IMG/VR virus record: IMGVR_UViG_3300045988_036825
Location: 1 to 37,179 of that record
Direction: 5' to 3' (one strand)
From: a virus
DNA length: 37,179 nucleotides
The notes below the pieces were generated by a model, which saw only the letters and a program-made list of their open reading frames with translations, did no database searches and had not been told where the DNA came from. Positions 33,700 to 37,179 of this stretch are shown one piece after another (within the stretch, counting starts at the first letter, position 1; every line of letters starts with the position of its first letter). The translations under genes and the position numbers were made by a program.

Positions 33700-34274
33700 A
33701 AATAACATTAGATAAAATATTAGCGTGTTTGCTTGTCCTTCTTGCTATTTTATTGTTCACAGCATACAAGACAATAAAAAGGCAGCATAAGGAGCTAGAA
33801 AGGCAGGAAAACAACATTACCGTGCTTAACTTGAAAGCCGTAGCATTTAGGACTACGGCGGGAGAGTACGCGGAAGAGACTAGGCAGCTAAAACTGGAGA
33901 AGGGCGAGCTGGAATTATACAACGCTGATCTATATAATAAGGTACGCGAGGCGGGGATAAAGATTAGGGAGCTAAAGAACGCAACCCGTACCGAGGTGGT
34001 AACGAAGATCGACACGGTTATTAAGACGGTGCACGTCGGGGACACTAGAACGGCAAAATACAACGACGGTTGGAATAATATAGAAGTTTCTGCCGGACCG
34101 GATACGACTAAAATAGATTTTAATAGCATTGATACGTTGGACGTGATCGGATCGGTCAAGCAAAAAAAGTTTCTATTCTTCAAAATTGGGAAACCGATTC
34201 AGAAAATCACAGTTTCGAATAAAAACCCAAAATCTACAATTCACGTGAATTTTTCGGCAGAATTCAGTAAATAA
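33696..34274 (+). CDS. Membrane-anchored coiled-coil protein, spanin-like lysis accessory
   Basis: N-terminal TM ILACLLVLLAILLFTAY followed by coiled coil. ATGA-coupled to the endolysin. Last gene of the late operon. Confidence 0.35.
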   Translation: MKITLDKILACLLVLLAILLFTAYKTIKRQHKELERQENNITVLNLKAVAFRTTAGEYAEETRQLKLEKGELELYNADLYNKVREAGIKIRELKNATRTEVVTKIDTVIKTVHVGDTRTAKYNDGWNNIEVSAGPDTTKIDFNSIDTLDVIGSVKQKKFLFFKIGKPIQKITVSNKNPKSTIHVNFSAEFSK

Positions 34275-34279
34275 CGCCT

Positions 34280-34665
34280 TTCATCTTTTACAAACGCATT
34301 TTCATCTTTTACACTCAAAAATTTAAAACGCTGATTCTTAACGAATTGGCGTTTTTGCATGTAAAAGATTAAAATTTGTATCTTTTACACTTAACTTGCT
34401 TATTTATAGTACTTTATACTGTAATATAGTGTATTTGTAAAAGATGTAAAGATGTTATATAGAGATAAAAACGGAAAAGTAATATAATCTATAAAATATG
34501 TAAATATATGAATTAATATGTGAATGAGTTTATGGAAATATTTTATTTTAAACTTTATAGAAAACGTCTTTCCATCTTTTACATTTTCCCGTTTTTGCCA
34601 CCTAACTATATGATATGCAACACGATAACCCGTAAAAGATGCGTTATTTCATCTTTTATACTGTT
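34280..34665. promoter_or_regulatory. Iteron module B: eight copies of ATCTTTTACA / TGTAAAAGAT
   Basis: + orientation at 34283, 34304, 34380, 34574, 34651 (9/10 match). - orientation at 34360, 34436, 34632 (9/10 match). Each site is 20,329-20,331 bp from its counterpart in module A. Confidence 0.8.
34360..34454. repeat. 95-bp conserved core, copy B
   Basis: 93/95 identical to 14030..14124. Confidence 0.9.
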
Positions 34666-34706
34666 ATCAAACCTCCAAAACAGTTAATCAGAGTTAAATT
34701 ACTAAG

Positions 34707-34753
34707 GTTTTTTGCGAAAACGTTTGGTAGTTCAAAATAAAGCCGTACCTTTG
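34707..34753 (+). promoter_or_regulatory. Consensus Bacteroidota promoter cassette (copy 2), probable early promoter
   Basis: TTTG 34723..34726, 19-nt spacer, TACCTTTG 34746..34753. Matches 5377..5423 at 46/47 positions. Confidence 0.7.
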
Positions 34754-34966
34754 TCACATCGAAAGAGAAATGAGAGCGCCGCCAATCGTAACCAAAGGGC
34801 GCGAGACGGGAAACACGGATGGTATCCCAGTTCATTTGAAAAGAAGGTGCGGTTTCCGCTTAATTGAAGCTATAAAGCCCGAATCTCTAACGATAAATAA
34901 CTGAAAAGCCGTAATAAACTTATTATCCTATTCCTAGACGGAGAACCGGATTAAATATTACTAGAT

Positions 34967-35302
34967 ATGGCAGAGATAAACATTTATAGATTAGAAGCGT
35001 TCTTTTACATGGTTATAACGGAGAGGATCAAGGCGTGCGAAACGATAGGAGAGGTCACGAATATATACGGCTATCCGGGTATTTCGGGAATGGTCTACAA
35101 AGATTTGCTACGAGAAGAAGAAGCCGGAAAAAAATTCAAATATAAAATTCGGGGCTTTATAATTCCACATGCCAAACGGTATGAGAGCATTTTCGAACAA
35201 GCCAGGAAAGCCGCATTTTCCGATCACGTTAAAACCTTTAGAGGATCTACTGGACTTAGTTTTAAATTCAATAAAAAGATGCAATGGAAAAAGTCGAGTT
35301 AA
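34967..35302 (+). CDS. Hypothetical early protein (111 aa)
   Basis: First ORF downstream of the early promoter. No motif recognised. Confidence 0.55.
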   Translation: MAEINIYRLEAFFYMVITERIKACETIGEVTNIYGYPGISGMVYKDLLREEEAGKKFKYKIRGFIIPHAKRYESIFEQARKAAFSDHVKTFRGSTGLSFKFNKKMQWKKSS

Positions 35303-35463
35303 TTACAGTTGCGGAAGCCGCCCGGATCGCCGAGGTTACGGAAAACGCGATACGCTATCAACTCAATTCGGGAAAGCTCACCCGATATGAGAACGGCGTA
35401 GGAAAAATCAGAGTGAACAAAAATGAGCTATTAGAAACAATTTTTAATTTTAAGAAAAAATGA
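35284..35463 (+). CDS. Small helix-turn-helix DNA-binding protein (MerR/excisionase-like HTH_17 type), not in the ORF track
   Basis: Translation: MEKVELITVAEAARIAEVTENAIRYQLNSGKLTRYENGVGKIRVNKNELLETIFNFKKK. The pattern L.T..EAA...GV....I...........Y..G..IR....EL is the classical excisionase-type winged HTH. ATGA-coupled to the next gene. Confidence 0.6.
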   Translation: MEKVELITVAEAARIAEVTENAIRYQLNSGKLTRYENGVGKIRVNKNELLETIFNFKKK

Positions 35464-35996
35464 AAGTAGTAATTGAATTATTAGGAAACGAGAGTAAACA
35501 GGATTTGTTGGCGACGTCTAACTATTTGCGCGAACTAGCAGGAGAAGCCGTGCCAGTAACAGTTGAGAAGAAAACGGACCTTGACAAGTTGGCAGACGCC
35601 GTTGTTGACGCAACCAAAGTGCACGAAGAAGCCGCACCAGTCAAAACCGTATCGGAACACATAGCCGAGGAACGCGCTAAGACTAGAGCGAGCCGCACGA
35701 AGAAGGTGGAAGAACCAGCGCCTGCCCCGATCGAAGAACCAGAAGAAGCGCCCACACCAGTGGAAGAAGTAGCCGCGCCTGCCCCGAAAGCACCCGCGGC
35801 ACCCGTAGAGAAGCCCGCTAAGACCGAAACGGAGCACACAGTAGACGAGTGTAAGCGATGGGCGATGAAGGCTCTAAACGCAAAGAAACGACCCTTAGTG
35901 CAAGAAGCATTTGAACAGGTAGGCGCAACGTCTTTCCCGACGCTTAAGGAATCTATGTTTGCGGAGTTCATCGAATACATCTCAACTCGTCTGTAA
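35460..35996 (+). CDS. Hypothetical protein with Pro/Ala/Glu-rich linker
   Basis: ORF track entry. Linker EEPAPAPIEEPEEAPTPVEEVAAPAPKAPAAPVEKP joins two small domains. Confidence 0.6.
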   Translation: MKVVIELLGNESKQDLLATSNYLRELAGEAVPVTVEKKTDLDKLADAVVDATKVHEEAAPVKTVSEHIAEERAKTRASRTKKVEEPAPAPIEEPEEAPTPVEEVAAPAPKAPAAPVEKPAKTETEHTVDECKRWAMKALNAKKRPLVQEAFEQVGATSFPTLKESMFAEFIEYISTRL

Positions 35997-37159
35997 TGGG
36001 ACACGCAGAAAGAGATCACGCGATTTTATCGCCAAGTAGCGCGAAACGATGGATTAATTGTACGCCATCGGCGCTACTTGCAGAAGAAGCGGGCAGCAGG
36101 TCAAGCGTTTACGCAGAAGAGGGTACACTAGCCCACGAAATAGCCGAATACGCTTTGACTAAATATCTGGAAGGCGAATACGATCCGATAATTGACGATG
36201 CATTGCCGTTGAAAAACGAACATCTTGAAAACCCGCTCTTTGGCGTAGACATGGCGGATTATATACGGAGCTATTGCGAGTATGTTATCGGAGAAGGCTA
36301 CGAGATGCAAAAACAGGACGGCGGGTGCCGGACGTTCCTAGAGCGTCAGGTAGACATTACAGACTTCGCGCCGGATTCATTCGGATCGGTAGACGTAACA
36401 CTTGTATCTGACAAGACGATACACATTATAGATTTGAAGTACGGAACGGGTGTCCGGGTGTCGGCTGACATGAACGAGCAAATGTTAATGTACGCTCTTG
36501 GAACCTTGAAAAGCCTGAAAACAGAACATATTGAAAAAATACGTATGACTATCGCACAAGTCAGATTAGACCATTACGACACGTTCGAGATGGATAAAGA
36601 GGATTTGTTAGCGTGGGCGGATAAGGTGCTAAGGCCCGCCGCAAAGATGGCGATACAGGGCATAGGAAAACAGGTTATCGGAAGTTGGTGCGGTTTTTGC
36701 CCGGTCAAAGCCCAATGCAGGGCGCAACGCGATGCAATACTCGCAGATTTCGAAGAAAAGCCCGAACCCTTGTTATTATCCGACGAGGAGATAGTAGACC
36801 TAATCGGCAAGATAGACACTTACAAAAGTTGGATCGAATCAGTTAACAAGTACGTCTATGATAGAGCGATACGGGGGCACAAATGGCCGGGATATAAGCT
36901 CGTGGCGGGTAGATCCAGCCGAGTTATCAAGGACGAGGCAAAGATACGCCAAGCGCTTCTAAACGAGTTCCTCGAGGACGAAGTTTTAAACATCAAGCTA
37001 AAAGGTATCGGAGACCTCGAAAAGTTGGTAGGCAAAAAGGTATTTAGCGCTAGATTTGGAGACGCAATCGAATCGAGACCCGGCGCACCAAAGCTAGTAC
37101 CGGAATCCGCTAAGGGCGTGGAATACAGCCCGCTTTGCGACTTCGACATAGAAGGATAA
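35996..37159 (+). CDS. Cas4-like PD-(D/E)xK exonuclease, DUF2800 family
   Basis: N-terminus HAILSPSSAKRWINCTPS. Core SVDVTLV...IHIIDLKYGTG (D...D-x-K). C-terminal Cys cluster WCGFCPVKAQC which, with the N-terminal Cys, is typical of the Cas4 4Fe-4S site. Confidence 0.85.
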   Translation: MGHAERDHAILSPSSAKRWINCTPSALLAEEAGSRSSVYAEEGTLAHEIAEYALTKYLEGEYDPIIDDALPLKNEHLENPLFGVDMADYIRSYCEYVIGEGYEMQKQDGGCRTFLERQVDITDFAPDSFGSVDVTLVSDKTIHIIDLKYGTGVRVSADMNEQMLMYALGTLKSLKTEHIEKIRMTIAQVRLDHYDTFEMDKEDLLAWADKVLRPAAKMAIQGIGKQVIGSWCGFCPVKAQCRAQRDAILADFEEKPEPLLLSDEEIVDLIGKIDTYKSWIESVNKYVYDRAIRGHKWPGYKLVAGRSSRVIKDEAKIRQALLNEFLEDEVLNIKLKGIGDLEKLVGKKVFSARFGDAIESRPGAPKLVPESAKGVEYSPLCDFDIEG

Positions 37160-37179
37160 CAGAAGTTAAAAAAAAAAAC
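37081..37179. repeat. Terminal direct repeat copy 2 (identical to 1..99)
   Basis: See copy 1. Confidence 0.95.

Noticed and set aside
34325-34355. AAAACGC...GCGTTTT hairpin as the terminator of the late operon
   Set aside because: The 7-bp stem is mostly A-U, the loop is 17 nt, and the U-run is part of the stem. That is too weak to call. No equivalent structure exists at the same place in module A.
35169-35390. 73-aa ORF overlapping the end of 34967..35302
   Set aside because: It is an alternative frame overlapping two better-supported genes. The frame starting at 35284 encodes a recognisable HTH fold and is ATGA-coupled downstream.
35284-35463. Excisionase / lysogeny module
   Set aside because: The fold is excisionase-like, but there is no integrase, recombinase, CI-like repressor or attachment-site-like feature in the 37 kb. 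I therefore call it only a small HTH protein and regard the phage as probably virulent.
1-37179. Stop-codon reassignment (TAG or TGA recoding), as seen in some gut Bacteroidota phages
   Set aside because: All large conserved genes (polymerase, primase, SNF2, TerL, tail proteins) are intact under the standard code. Coding density is already near-complete. The two long gaps contain all three stop codons in every frame.

Overview
The window is a complete, circularly assembled tailed-phage genome of about 37.08 kb. Bases 1..99 are identical to 37081..37179, so the two ends are one locus. All credible genes are on the + strand. Many are translationally coupled through ATGA or TAATG overlaps. Several signals point to a Bacteroidota (probably Bacteroidales) host: Bacteroidota-type promoters (TTTG-N19-TAnnTTTG), A/T-rich AAAATT-ATG start contexts with few Shine-Dalgarno sites, and BACON-like domains in a tail protein.

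The inferred transcription units are:
- Early/replication unit (34967 -> contig junction -> 5265): small HTH protein, Cas4-like DUF2800 nuclease, gp2.5-like SSB, family-A DNA polymerase, VirE-type primase-helicase.
- Second unit (5472..13779): many small unknown genes, VRR-NUC nuclease, SNF2 helicase, orphan C5 cytosine methyltransferase.
- Late unit (14463..34274): TerS, TerL, large beta-helix and BACON-bearing tail proteins, tape-measure-like protein, protease/scaffold, major capsid protein, three tandem paralogous structural proteins, portal, holin, M15 endolysin, spanin-like protein.

I found no integrase, repressor, tRNA, CRISPR array or reverse transcriptase.

The most unusual feature is non-coding. 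Two intergenic regions of about 690 bp (13780..14462 and 34275..34966) each carry an eight-site array of the 10-mer ATCTTTTACA / TGTAAAAGAT. The site positions are identical in the two arrays (offset 20,330 +/- 1 bp). Each array has a 95-bp core that matches 93/95 and an AT-rich spacer conserved in length but not in sequence. The two modules bracket the late operon, and each lies about 90-100 bp upstream of a promoter-like element. I propose a dedicated nucleoprotein switch, origin or packaging system, with a previously untracked 59-aa HTH protein as the first candidate binder.

All calls come from reading the sequence and ORF translations by eye. No database search was run.
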